Shown: positions 18,174 to 27,700 of the stretch, piece after piece
Layout of the letters: every line of letters starts with the position of its first letter
Numbering within the stretch: the stretch's first letter is position 1
NCBI GenBank assembly: GCA_948466185.1
Contig: CAOJZM010000001.1
Span: 22,742-86,741, forward strand
Direction: 5' to 3'
Source: an uncultured Christensenella sp.
GTDB taxonomy: Bacteria > Bacillota > Clostridia > Christensenellales > UBA1242
Length of the DNA stretch: 64,000 nt
Program-made: the position numbers and the translations under genes
The notes under the pieces: model-generated
Told to the model about the DNA's origin: nothing
What the model saw: only the letters and a program-made list of their open reading frames with translations
Database searches by the model: none

Positions 18174-18527
18174 ATGTTTTTAAATTCATTTACACATCTG
18201 CTTGCAATTATTCCCTATAAATTTTTAGGACCTTATTCTTGGCTTAACGAAGTATATAATATTTTGCCATATATTCTTTATGCACTCCTCGCTCTTGTTG
18301 GTGGAGCTGGTGCGGTGTATGCTGTTATACTTGGAATTAATCTCGCAAAAAGCGAAAGTGAAGATGCAAGAAAAAAAGCAGTAGAAAGATTAAAGAATAC
18401 CATTATCGGCGTGGCAGTATTACTATTTTTGGTGCTGTTTATAAATGTTCTTCTTCCAATAATCTTGAAAGCAGCTCTGCCTGCTGACTATGTTACAAAC
18501 GCAATAATATCCGCCTTCCACATTTAA
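18174..18527 (+). CDS. Small two-TM membrane protein, paralog B
   Basis: 117 aa, roughly 40-45% identical by eye to paralog A across both helices (LVGGAGAVYAVILGINLA...VAVLLFLVLFINVLLPII). C-terminal NAIISAFHI. Confidence 0.65.
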   Translation: MFLNSFTHLLAIIPYKFLGPYSWLNEVYNILPYILYALLALVGGAGAVYAVILGINLAKSESEDARKKAVERLKNTIIGVAVLLFLVLFINVLLPIILKAALPADYVTNAIISAFHI

Positions 18528-18535
18528 GTCATAAT

Positions 18536-18566
18536 AAAAAGAACGCCATGTGGGCGTTCTTTTATT
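18536..18566. terminator. Bidirectional terminator between paralog B and xth
   Basis: aaaaa-GAACGCC-atgtg-GGCGTTC-ttttatttt. Confidence 0.7.
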
Positions 18567-19328
18567 TTAAAATTTAAGATTAAACTCAGCAAAAACAGGA
18601 TAATGGTCACTATAATTTTTGTCAAGCAAAGTTTCACATCTGACAAGCCTGTCAGCAAGCACGCTTGTTGCAAAAATATAATCAAAACGGTATCTCCAAC
18701 CCGCCTTGTTTTCAGTTGCTTTTGCTGCATATGAACTCCAAGTAAAAGCATTCCCCTCTGGGTGCAATTTTCTGTATGAATCAACAAGCCCGATTTCAAG
18801 ATATTTATCAAACAGTTTTCTCTCTTCTGGAAGAAACCCCGTTCGGCTTGCACATGCATTTGGATTTGATACATCATCTTCGGTGTGTGCAATATTGAAA
18901 TCGGTGCAAATGATAAGCTCCTCATCCTTTACTATATCTTGCAAATCTTTCAGCACCTTTTCCATAAACTCAAATTTGAAATCGAGTCGTGAGCCACCAT
19001 TTGGAGTATAATAATCAAGTAAATAAAAGTTTTGAAACTTTGCAAGAATCAATCTTCCCTCATTGTCATCTTCAACAGAAGGGAGACTATACCTCACCTC
19101 AAGCGGTTTCTTCTTGCTTAAAATACCAGTCCCGCTATACCCTTTTTTATCAGCAACATTGAAATACCCATAATAACCAGTATATTTCAAAACCTCTTCA
19201 ATCTGCTCTTTGCTTGCTCTTGTCTCCTGAAAACAAAAGATATCAACGTCGCCATTCTTTATAAAATCATTTAGCCCCTTGCTGCAAGCCGCTCTAACAC
19301 CATTCAAATTATATGTAACAACTTTCAT
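18567..19328 (-). CDS. xth: Exodeoxyribonuclease III
   Basis: 253 aa. MKVVTYNLNGVRA..., FCFQETR..., ...SDHYPV are typical ExoIII/EEP family motifs. Confidence 0.9.
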   Translation of the reverse strand: MKVVTYNLNGVRAACSKGLNDFIKNGDVDIFCFQETRASKEQIEEVLKYTGYYGYFNVADKKGYSGTGILSKKKPLEVRYSLPSVEDDNEGRLILAKFQNFYLLDYYTPNGGSRLDFKFEFMEKVLKDLQDIVKDEELIICTDFNIAHTEDDVSNPNACASRTGFLPEERKLFDKYLEIGLVDSYRKLHPEGNAFTWSSYAAKATENKAGWRYRFDYIFATSVLADRLVRCETLLDKNYSDHYPVFAEFNLKF

Positions 19329-19372
19329 AGCCTAATTTTATCAGATTTTGAATGGTTTGCAAAACAATCCGC

Positions 19373-19401
19373 TTGCAAAAATCACTGGAATATAGTAAAA
19401 T
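19373..19401 (+). promoter_or_regulatory. Putative promoter of tRNA-Ser
   Basis: TTGCAA, 17 nt, TAAAAT, ending 10 nt before the tRNA 5' end. Confidence 0.5.
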
Positions 19402-19411
19402 ATCGGCATAT

Positions 19412-19499
19412 GGAGAGTTGTCAGAGAGGTCGAATGTGCCGCTCTCGAAAAGCGGTAAGCCGCAAGGCTTCGGCGGTTCGAATCCGCCACTCTCCGCCA
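19412..19499 (+). tRNA. tRNA-Ser (anticodon CGA), long variable arm, CCA encoded
   Basis: GGAGAGT/ACTCTCC acceptor, anticodon stem-loop CCGCT-CTCGAAA-AGCGG, variable arm TAAGCCGCAAGGCTTC, T-arm GGCGGTTCGAATCCGCC. Confidence 0.9.
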
Positions 19500-19572
19500 A
19501 TACTAATTTCAACTCTATATTGTTATGAAAATATTGTTTGAGTAATTTCAACATAAAAGTGAGGTAAAAACC

Positions 19573-20055
19573 ATGGATTCTAAACTGTTAAAAAATAAAT
19601 ATATTTTTGTTGACTTTGATGGGACACTTTGCGAATACCGTTATTTTGGACATCTTAGCGGAAAATCTGTTAATCCCAACGGACAAAGTTTTGGTGGGCA
19701 ATCATTAGATGAATTGTTATTTGAAACCTATGACAGTGTTCGCCCTCTTAAAACCATGCAAAAGTTGCTGTCGCAAGTCGACGCAAGCAAAATTTACGTT
19801 TTAGGGGCCATCATTACTTATAATGAAATTAAGACTAAATTAAAGTGGCTGAAAAAACACTATCCTTTTATACATGAAGAAAATATGATTTTTGTCGCAG
19901 ATTTAAATATAAAAACTGAAGTAATAAAAGCATATAGTAAAAAACTAAACTTAAATTTCAAAGATTTAATTTTTATTGATGATAAATTGGATGCTTTACG
20001 AGACGCAGAAGAACAGGGAATCCCAGCCTACCATATAACATCGTTTGTTGATTAA
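19573..20055 (+). CDS. HAD-superfamily hydrolase-like protein
   Basis: N-terminal FVDFDGTL (DxDxT motif I) and C-terminal IFIDDK (motif IV-like), 160 aa. Confidence 0.55.
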   Translation: MDSKLLKNKYIFVDFDGTLCEYRYFGHLSGKSVNPNGQSFGGQSLDELLFETYDSVRPLKTMQKLLSQVDASKIYVLGAIITYNEIKTKLKWLKKHYPFIHEENMIFVADLNIKTEVIKAYSKKLNLNFKDLIFIDDKLDALRDAEEQGIPAYHITSFVD

Positions 20056-20117
20056 TTCTTTTAATTTTACTTAACATTTCTTTCAAAACTTAACATTTAC
20101 ATAATTAAGGAGGAACT

Positions 20118-20687
20118 ATGTCTTTATTTAATAAAATAGATAAATTTGCCAAAGAAGAAATTGCAAAAACTGGATTGCCACAAATCTACAATTATGATAT
20201 TGCAAATTCAAAGGCTGAAGAACTCGCAAGGTCACTGGGGGGGGCAAATGTTGATTTAGCAAAATGCGGGACAGCATTAATGGATATAAAACTTGGTGAA
20301 GCCGTGTCAAAAGGCATGCAACCTCAACATGTAAAAATGAGTGCAGAATACGCAAAAAAGGCGTTAATTAAATTAAAAGTTGACGAAAAAACAACCGAAT
20401 TGTTACTCAACTGCGTGCTTGCCCACCATGGACAAGTTCCATATCAGTCTCTTGAAGCTGAAATTGCAGCAAATGCCGATTGTTATAGATTTATATCAGA
20501 AAGAGGGGTGTTTACAACATATAGATTCGCCCTTGAACTTGGTAAAAATCATAATGAAGCACTTGACTTTGTTCAATTTAAACTTGATGAGAAATACAAA
20601 ATCTTATCATTAGAGAAAGCGAAAAAAGACCTCTCTGATTTATATAAACAACTTTCATCCATCATTTCCAAAGCGCATATTGACTAA
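20118..20687 (+). CDS. HD-domain-like protein
   Basis: 189 aa. The helical protein has LAHHGQ and a downstream D (ANADCYRF). Contains a G8 run at 20237-20244. Confidence 0.55.
   Translation: MSLFNKIDKFAKEEIAKTGLPQIYNYDIANSKAEELARSLGGANVDLAKCGTALMDIKLGEAVSKGMQPQHVKMSAEYAKKALIKLKVDEKTTELLLNCVLAHHGQVPYQSLEAEIAANADCYRFISERGVFTTYRFALELGKNHNEALDFVQFKLDEKYKILSLEKAKKDLSDLYKQLSSIISKAHID
20237..20244 (+). repeat. G8 homopolymer inside the CDS
   Basis: ctGGGGGGGGca encodes L-G-G-A. It is the only G/C run of 8 or more that I saw inside a coding region in this window. Confidence 0.9.
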
Positions 20688-20688
20688 A

Positions 20689-20717
20689 TAAAAAACAGGC
20701 AGCGTTGCCTGTTTTTT
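20689..20717. terminator. Bidirectional terminator (HD gene / hydrogenase)
   Basis: aaaaa-ACAGGCA-gcgt-TGCCTGT-ttttt. Overlaps the hydrogenase stop codon. Confidence 0.75.
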
Positions 20718-22251
20718 AGTCCCCTAAGATTTCACTTTTATCAAAATAGCTTGTGTGAAGCAAACTTTCACTAAACGGCGAAAGTGGCTTTCCTAAAAAC
20801 TGCAAATACAATTTCTTTATATCCTCATTTTCATGGCAGAAGCGAGTTTTGCTTTTAGGGTCGAGGCTATAAAGTCCTTTTTGTCGTGCTTTATACGCCT
20901 CTTCCAAATATGTCGTATTTGATTTTGGTTGACCGCCGCCAGATATACACCCACCCGGGCAGGCCATAACCTCAACAAAATCATATTTCTCGCCCTGTTG
21001 AATTTTCGAGATTAATTCACGCGCATTTGCAGTGCCAGCAACAACCGCAACCTTTAATGAGGTGTCACCAATTTTAACCGTGGCTTCCTTTATCCCACCA
21101 AGCCCTCGGACCTCTTGAAATTCCACTTTATCTAGGTTCTTCCCTGTAAGCAAAAAGTTGGCTGTTCGCAGTGCCGCTTCCATCACTCCGCCAGAGTTGC
21201 CAAAAATCACACCCGCCCCGCTGGCACGACCAAGCGGGTCATCATAATTTTCTTCTGACAAAGTATCAAAGTTAATATTCTCATCTTTCAACCACTTTGC
21301 AAATTCCCTCACCGTCAGAACGTAATCCATATCTCTTAAACTTGAATTATTATTGTACTTCGCACTTACGTTCATCTCGCTTCTTTTTATTTCCGCCTTC
21401 TTGGCTGTGCATGGCGTAATTGCAACTGATACAATTTTATCAACTGGTATATTCATTTTGCTTGCAAAGTAGGTCTTTATTATTGCCCCTTGCATAAGTA
21501 TTGGGCTTTTTGCAGAAGAAAGCTTTGTCAAAATTTCTGGATAAAAGGTTTCAGCAAACTTGACCCACGCAGGACAACAGCTGGTAAATTGAGGCAGATT
21601 CTTTTTTGATTGAATTCTCTCTATAAGTTCACTTGCTTCCTCCATTATAGTCAAATCCGCCCCAAAAGTTGTATCAAAAACATAATCTGCCCCGAGTTTT
21701 CTTAATGCGGCAACAATTTTGCCTTCACACAACGAGCCCGCATCAAAACCGAATTCCTCACTGACAGACACCCTTATAGATGGAGAAGTTTGGAAAATAA
21801 CAATTTTATCTGGATCAGCAAGTGCATTTTTGACATTTTCTATATCATTTTTAAAGTTTATCGCACCCGTAGGACAAGCCAATGTACATTGCCCACAATC
21901 AATACAAATTGTGTTTTCTTTTATCTTTTTAGGATTAAAATATCCACATACAGCCTGTTGATTTTTACAAATATTCTTACAATTTCCACAGTTTACACAT
22001 AAATCAGGATTGCGTGCAATGGGATAGCATTCCTCATTTACCTTGACATACACGCAGTCGTCATCATATTCCTCATCTTTTTCAATAGTTTTGGCTTGTA
22101 CTGGCTCAGCCTCCTCTGGCTCTATTAATTTAAAAAATGATTTAGGGACAAAGCAATCAGGACAAGTCCACGAATTTGGAAGATTAGAAAACAAAACACC
22201 ATTTTTTTCTTCGTCATAGACATATTCACATATTTCACATTTGTAATTCAT
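20716..22251 (-). CDS. [FeFe]-hydrogenase with N-terminal rubredoxin-like domain and two ferredoxin-type 4Fe-4S motifs
   Basis: Start moved to MNYKCEICEYVY (AGGAG SD). Rubredoxin knuckles CEIC...CPDC, clusters CVNCGNCKNIC and CIDCGQCTLACP, and H-cluster motifs TSCCPAW, TPCTAKKAE, ACPGGCISGGGQP. Confidence 0.9.
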   Translation of the reverse strand: MNYKCEICEYVYDEEKNGVLFSNLPNSWTCPDCFVPKSFFKLIEPEEAEPVQAKTIEKDEEYDDDCVYVKVNEECYPIARNPDLCVNCGNCKNICKNQQAVCGYFNPKKIKENTICIDCGQCTLACPTGAINFKNDIENVKNALADPDKIVIFQTSPSIRVSVSEEFGFDAGSLCEGKIVAALRKLGADYVFDTTFGADLTIMEEASELIERIQSKKNLPQFTSCCPAWVKFAETFYPEILTKLSSAKSPILMQGAIIKTYFASKMNIPVDKIVSVAITPCTAKKAEIKRSEMNVSAKYNNNSSLRDMDYVLTVREFAKWLKDENINFDTLSEENYDDPLGRASGAGVIFGNSGGVMEAALRTANFLLTGKNLDKVEFQEVRGLGGIKEATVKIGDTSLKVAVVAGTANARELISKIQQGEKYDFVEVMACPGGCISGGGQPKSNTTYLEEAYKARQKGLYSLDPKSKTRFCHENEDIKKLYLQFLGKPLSPFSESLLHTSYFDKSEILGD

Positions 22252-22382
22252 GTTTTCTCCTATCGTATACCTATATTTTAACATTTTTTACCCAAAATAC
22301 AAATTGTTTTAAAAATAAAATATTACCTAAATATATTTGCTTTTTATTAATAATTTAGGTTAAAATAGAGCAAGGAGAAAAT

Positions 22383-23330
22383 ATGACAACAGATTTAAGA
22401 AAACACAAAGTAATTATCGATACAGATCCCGGAATTGATGACACCACCGCACTTATCTTCACCATGTTTGATGAAAGACTGGATGTTAAACTATATGTAA
22501 CAGTCAAGGGTAATATTGGCGTGGATATTGCAACAAACAATATGCTACATCTGCTTGAGAAATTTGGCAAAACTACCCCCGTCGCAAAAGGAAGTGACAA
22601 GGGAATGAAACGTGACACACCTGATGCCTCTTGGCTTCATGGTAAATATGGTATGGGTGAAACATATATTCCACCAAAAGCAAAGACAAAACCAATTCAA
22701 GAAGATGCAATTGATGCAATGGCTAGAATTATTAAAGAGAATCCACATGAAATCACTGTTCTTATGTTTGGTCCTCACACAAATATGGGTAGACTGCTTA
22801 CAAAATATCCAGAATGCGCACCACTTATTAAACAAGTTATATTTGAAGGATTCTCACCTTATGGTATGCCTGGAATAAAACCTCACGTTTCTTTCAACAT
22901 TAGGACAGACCCAGAAGCATTCAAAGTCCTTCTTGACAGCAATATTCCTCTTGTTATTATCCCTTCAGAATTGGGCAGAAATGTTACCCATCTCCCAGAG
23001 AAAATGGTAAATGAAATTGGCGAGATGAATGATACCGGCAAATTCTTAAAAGAAATTTATCAGAACTATTGGGAACATGGCTATGATGACAAACGTATTG
23101 CAACAAATGATACTGATGCTTATTTATATCTTGTTGAACCTGAATTATTTTACTCTATAAGTGTTGACATTTCTGTTAATCTTGACGATGCCCCAGGTAA
23201 AACCTATGCCACCATACACGAGGGTGGAAATGGAGGCCATATCTCACTTGTCACAAAATGTGACCGTGATATGTTTGAAAGAAGTTTTTTAAGCAAAATC
23301 CGAAATCTTGATAATTTAAAATTAAACTAA
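22383..23330 (+). CDS. Nucleoside hydrolase (IUNH family)
   Basis: N-terminal VIIDTDPGIDD aspartate cluster, 315 aa. Confidence 0.88.
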   Translation: MTTDLRKHKVIIDTDPGIDDTTALIFTMFDERLDVKLYVTVKGNIGVDIATNNMLHLLEKFGKTTPVAKGSDKGMKRDTPDASWLHGKYGMGETYIPPKAKTKPIQEDAIDAMARIIKENPHEITVLMFGPHTNMGRLLTKYPECAPLIKQVIFEGFSPYGMPGIKPHVSFNIRTDPEAFKVLLDSNIPLVIIPSELGRNVTHLPEKMVNEIGEMNDTGKFLKEIYQNYWEHGYDDKRIATNDTDAYLYLVEPELFYSISVDISVNLDDAPGKTYATIHEGGNGGHISLVTKCDRDMFERSFLSKIRNLDNLKLN

Positions 23331-23332
23331 CA

Positions 23333-23361
23333 ATAAAAAGTGTCCATTGACACTTTTTTAT
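23333..23361. terminator. Bidirectional terminator
   Basis: aaaa-AGTGTC-catt-GACACT-ttttt. Confidence 0.7.
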
Positions 23362-24425
23362 TTTAGTTCAAAAAATTTATTGTTAAATAAAACACTTGAA
23401 TGATTTGGCTTTTCCTTTTTAGCAAGTTTATGATAATGCTGTGCACGTTTTTTATTCCCCTTATAAAAATAGCAAACGCAAAGCTGTAAATTAGGGGTAA
23501 AATTATACGCATCCAAATTTACAAATCCTCCATTTTTTAAATTGGGTTTAATATTTTTTGCCTGTTTAAACCAATATATTGCATCGTCATAACGCTTAAG
23601 TTCAATAAAAATGGCACCAACTTCACATAGAATTTCCGCCCTAGGTTTTGCCATACAAAAACTTCTAAAAAGAGATCTTAAAGCTTTCTCATAGTCCTTT
23701 TTGCTTTCATAACATTTTGCAAGACACAGACAACTGTCAATATTATTTTCTATCCATCCTAAATGCGAGTCAAGAAAACCAGTAAAATTTTTAATCGCAT
23801 CATCGATATAACCATTGTAGTAAAGTTCTCTTGCATAATAAAACTGTTGTCTAGGTGAAAGCCTATTCCCTGATGCAATATAGCTTTTGTATATCTCTAA
23901 ATTTCGACTCTTCGATTTTACTTCAAGTTTTGCATGAAAAATATTTATATCAAGAAAAGCCTTCTTTCCAGATGTTATTAAAACTTCATGCACCGGGTCA
24001 TGCCACATAAAGTTTTTACTACGCCTAACAATCCGCTCACGATAAAAGCTAAATTCAGGTTTATAGTTATCGTTGTATGCCGTGACATATTTTAAAAATA
24101 GTACGTCGTATTCGGATTTTTTTGACAATTTAAAATCCCAAATTCTCATTATATCATCTTCAAGTATAATATCATCTGCATCAAGCCACATTATAAAATC
24201 ACAGGTGGCCTTTGAGAAAGAATAATTTCTTGCTTGTGAAAAATCATTATTCCAATTAAAATTATAAACATTATCAGTGTACTTATAAGCAATCTCCATA
24301 CTTTTATCGCTGGAACCAGTGTCAACAATAACCACTTCATCAGCAAATTTTTTGACACAATCAAGCATTCTTTTTAAAACTTTTTCTTCATCACGCACAA
24401 TCATACACACACTAATCGTATTCAT
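23358..24425 (-). CDS. Family-2 glycosyltransferase with C-terminal TPR repeats
   Basis: ISVCMIVRDEEKVLKRMLDCV...VIVDTGSSD...LDADD (GT-A DxD). The C-terminal half has TPR-like repeats (YYNGYIDDAIKNF, KDYEKALRSL, YDDAIYWFKQA, GNKKRAQHYH). Confidence 0.8.
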   Translation of the reverse strand: MNTISVCMIVRDEEKVLKRMLDCVKKFADEVVIVDTGSSDKSMEIAYKYTDNVYNFNWNNDFSQARNYSFSKATCDFIMWLDADDIILEDDIMRIWDFKLSKKSEYDVLFLKYVTAYNDNYKPEFSFYRERIVRRSKNFMWHDPVHEVLITSGKKAFLDINIFHAKLEVKSKSRNLEIYKSYIASGNRLSPRQQFYYARELYYNGYIDDAIKNFTGFLDSHLGWIENNIDSCLCLAKCYESKKDYEKALRSLFRSFCMAKPRAEILCEVGAIFIELKRYDDAIYWFKQAKNIKPNLKNGGFVNLDAYNFTPNLQLCVCYFYKGNKKRAQHYHKLAKKEKPNHSSVLFNNKFFELK

Positions 24426-24738
24426 AATTTACTCCTATTTTAAATTATGAATAATAAAATATATTTGTTAAAATTAATTTTTTCATATAATATTAATTAT
24501 TTTTTTACTTTTTTTTGATTTTTTTATTAATTTTTAATTATTATTGCATTAAATAATATTTTTAAATTTTAATATGTGTTTTTTGCCCTTTATTTCTGGA
24601 TAAAAAAAGTTTTTTATTAATGTATATTTATATATATTTTATTTATTATATATTATATATATTGTGCATTTTATTTTGAATTTTGTCGTTTATGTGATAA
24701 AATCTTTTTATCAAAATAAAAAGGTTTGAGGTGAAATT
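24426..24738. other. 313-bp extremely AT-rich divergent intergenic region
   Basis: I count about 38 G/C in 313 nt (~12% GC). Contains TA-rich runs (tatatatttatatatattttatttattatatattatatatatt). A possible promoter is TTGAAT (24676-24681), 16 nt (TGa), TAAAAT (24698-24703). Confidence 0.8.
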
Positions 24739-27700
24739 ATGTTGAAAATAAAAAATATTTTTAATTCACTTTTGGTATGCTTTGTGATGCTGGGATGTTT
24801 CGGTCTTGGCATTTCTTTATCAAGCCCATTGACTGCAGAAGATAATTTCACTGCAAAAGCAGACTTAACAAATTATGATTCGGTGCAAAACACGCTTCCT
24901 GAATTTGTTAAGCTTGAAAATACCGCACGAAAATCTTTTGAAAATTATGTGTTTCTTACAAACAATAGCAGTGAAATAGATTTGAAAATCGCCGCCGATG
25001 AAAAAATGTTGATTTCTCACAAAACACCTGCTGGAATCATCGATGGTCAAAACTACGCATATATTCCTTCGTCAGACCTCAATATAGAGGATGACCCAAC
25101 CACACCTGATATTGATGAATCAAAAACTGAGTATTATTATTTTTCATTTTCAAACTCACTTTCCCTTTATTATAATCTTACAAACAAGGATATTGAAAAT
25201 GGAACAGAAGGTTTGGATAATATATTAAATGGTGAAAATATCGATTTGTTTGCAACATCAAAAGAAACCGCCTTCCCTATTCAGACATATGATTTCACAC
25301 CTGAAAAATTTGAAATATCATTTAAGCTGAACACCGCAATTTCAGGAGATAAGATAATCAATGGACATACTGTAAGCTTAAAAAAGGAAGGCTGCTACAC
25401 ACTTGCCCTGCCACTTACATATTACCATACCACAAACAATGGTCAAACCTTCTCAACCACTTCTGAAGTAATTTATTATACTTTCATGTTGTTTGACTAC
25501 ACTACTTATTTTGACTCAGCTTCCGAACTTCCAACCTCCAGCATGCAAAACACCACTGTTTCACACTTAACCAACAGTGAGTCACATTCAACATATTATT
25601 TCTACAATTATGATAAAACAAACTTGCCAGCCTTTTCGTACCAACCTAGAAAGGAACAAATATCTGTGCAGTTTACTGACACAGACTCAAACTCTTTCAC
25701 AAGAATAATTGAATTTAATCCATTTACAAACATTATTACCCAAAAGGATGAAAATGGAAACGAAACATCTGATGACAAATTATTTGCGACTTACAACTCA
25801 GCTGACGGGAAAATAACTTTGACATTTAATGACCTTGGTGAATATGACATAAGTTATACATTCTTGTATGTGTCTCAAAACACTGTTTACAAAATTCCAC
25901 TTACAGCAAAAAGACAACGCTTATACAACTATGGTTATCAAGCCTTCTACACCGATTATTCAAAGCTTGACCCTAATACAAACACAACTATTCCTCAGGA
26001 ATTTAAAAATATAAGTGAAGACAAAACAAAATTCCTTAATTCTGCAGATGTTACTTATCTTCTTTCAAACAATCAACATGTTTCCACAACATATGACCTT
26101 GATACACTCAAACAAGATGCAGTCGATGCAATCAACTCCTCTGATGTCAAACCAGTATCAACCAATCAAACACCTGTTAAATTTTCTTCAAATGCAGCCA
26201 AAAAAGGTTCAAAAAAATATACCTTAGATGCCGTGACTGGCGAATTTGACAATGGAAGCATATATGACGGTTCCAACATAAATGATGCTGGCACTTATCT
26301 TATCGTATTAGATTACTCCTACAACAACTACCTTTCAACAAGTGGAACTGCACAAAGCTCCTACCATCATTACCAAATTTTTTATTTCACAGTTGAAAAC
26401 AAAACACCAAGCGTGACAGTCGTTGATGAAAAAGGACAAAACATTCACACAAAGGGATACACAAATAAAAGCGTATTTATCGTTGATGATTCTGCTGCCA
26501 CACTCTTTGACGCTAAAGTAAGAATTACCCTTACCGCCCAAGACTATTTGACCGGAAAGTACGTATTTCCTGAAACCAATATAGAAGACTTTAAAATGGG
26601 TCAGTACGGAATAACCTATTACGATGGTGATATGGCAGTGCCCGGTGATAAGTTTAATATAACTGACGAATCTGGAAAAATTACTACTTTATATCAAACT
26701 GGTGTTTATATTGACGCAAGCAAAGCAAATGCATATCGCAATGCACATTATACAATAAATATATACACCGAAAATTCAAAACTTCCATCAAGCAGAAGTT
26801 TTACAATTGATACAAATGGAATAACAAATCTCAAAGCTCAAAATGTACGCTATTCAACCAGTTCAACTTACAGCATTGTTTCTGATGTGAACGGTGGAAA
26901 AACCAACCAGCCAATCATCTTTTCATGGGACAATAAGATTAGTGGAGCTCAAACATACGGATATTATAAATATTTCGAGCTTAAATCCACCCAGTATTAT
27001 AAAGGCGGAGATGACGATTCTTTATTGCTCTACTCCTTGATTGGTTCACAAGAGCCATTTGATATACTTCCAGTTAATGCTTATTTGGACCTTAATTCAA
27101 GCAGCAATCAATGGACAAACTACGTCAATGCTGTAGATTATAAAACAATTGTTCCTTCAACCTACGTTCGTGATCAAGCGGGTGTTTATGTTTTTGAAGT
27201 ATTTGACGAAGCCGGCAATTCAAATTTTGAACTTTTCTTTATAGACAACACCTCTCCTCTCTTCGTTAAGAAGATAGAGTCACAATCTTCAACCATTCGT
27301 TCCATTCTCTCAAGCAACGACACAATCACAGTATCAGAAGTTTACACAGCCTCTATTGAATGGGCTAACTACAAAGGTATATACCTGCAAGAGCTTTCAG
27401 AAACTGGAAGATTAAATCTGTATAAGTCATTTGTCAATGACAAACTTGACAAGGATGAAAATGGAAGAGTTGAACTGTTAAAGAATAAAATTGATGAATT
27501 TTTAAGTGATAATAATGTCACCACCATTTCTGGTATATCTGGTTCAACCCCTAATCCTGAGATTCTCCCTTCCTATAATGCACAATATTTAAAAGTAAAA
27601 GTTTCAGACAATTTCTACTTAAAAGACTCAGAATCCTCGAAATACACTGAACAAACGGGTAATAGTTACACAATAGAATTCTTTACCGGAACCGGAGAAG

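Noticed and set aside
19309-19554. 81-aa minus-strand ORF
   Set aside because: It overlaps tRNA-Ser (19412-19499) on the opposite strand, and its translation simply reads through the tRNA.
24775-24800. Possible lipobox (VMLG|C) in the giant protein signal peptide
   Set aside because: The -3 position is Met rather than L/V/I, and the hydrophobic core continues after the Cys. SPase I cleavage after SPLTA looks more likely, though this remains unresolved without prediction tools.
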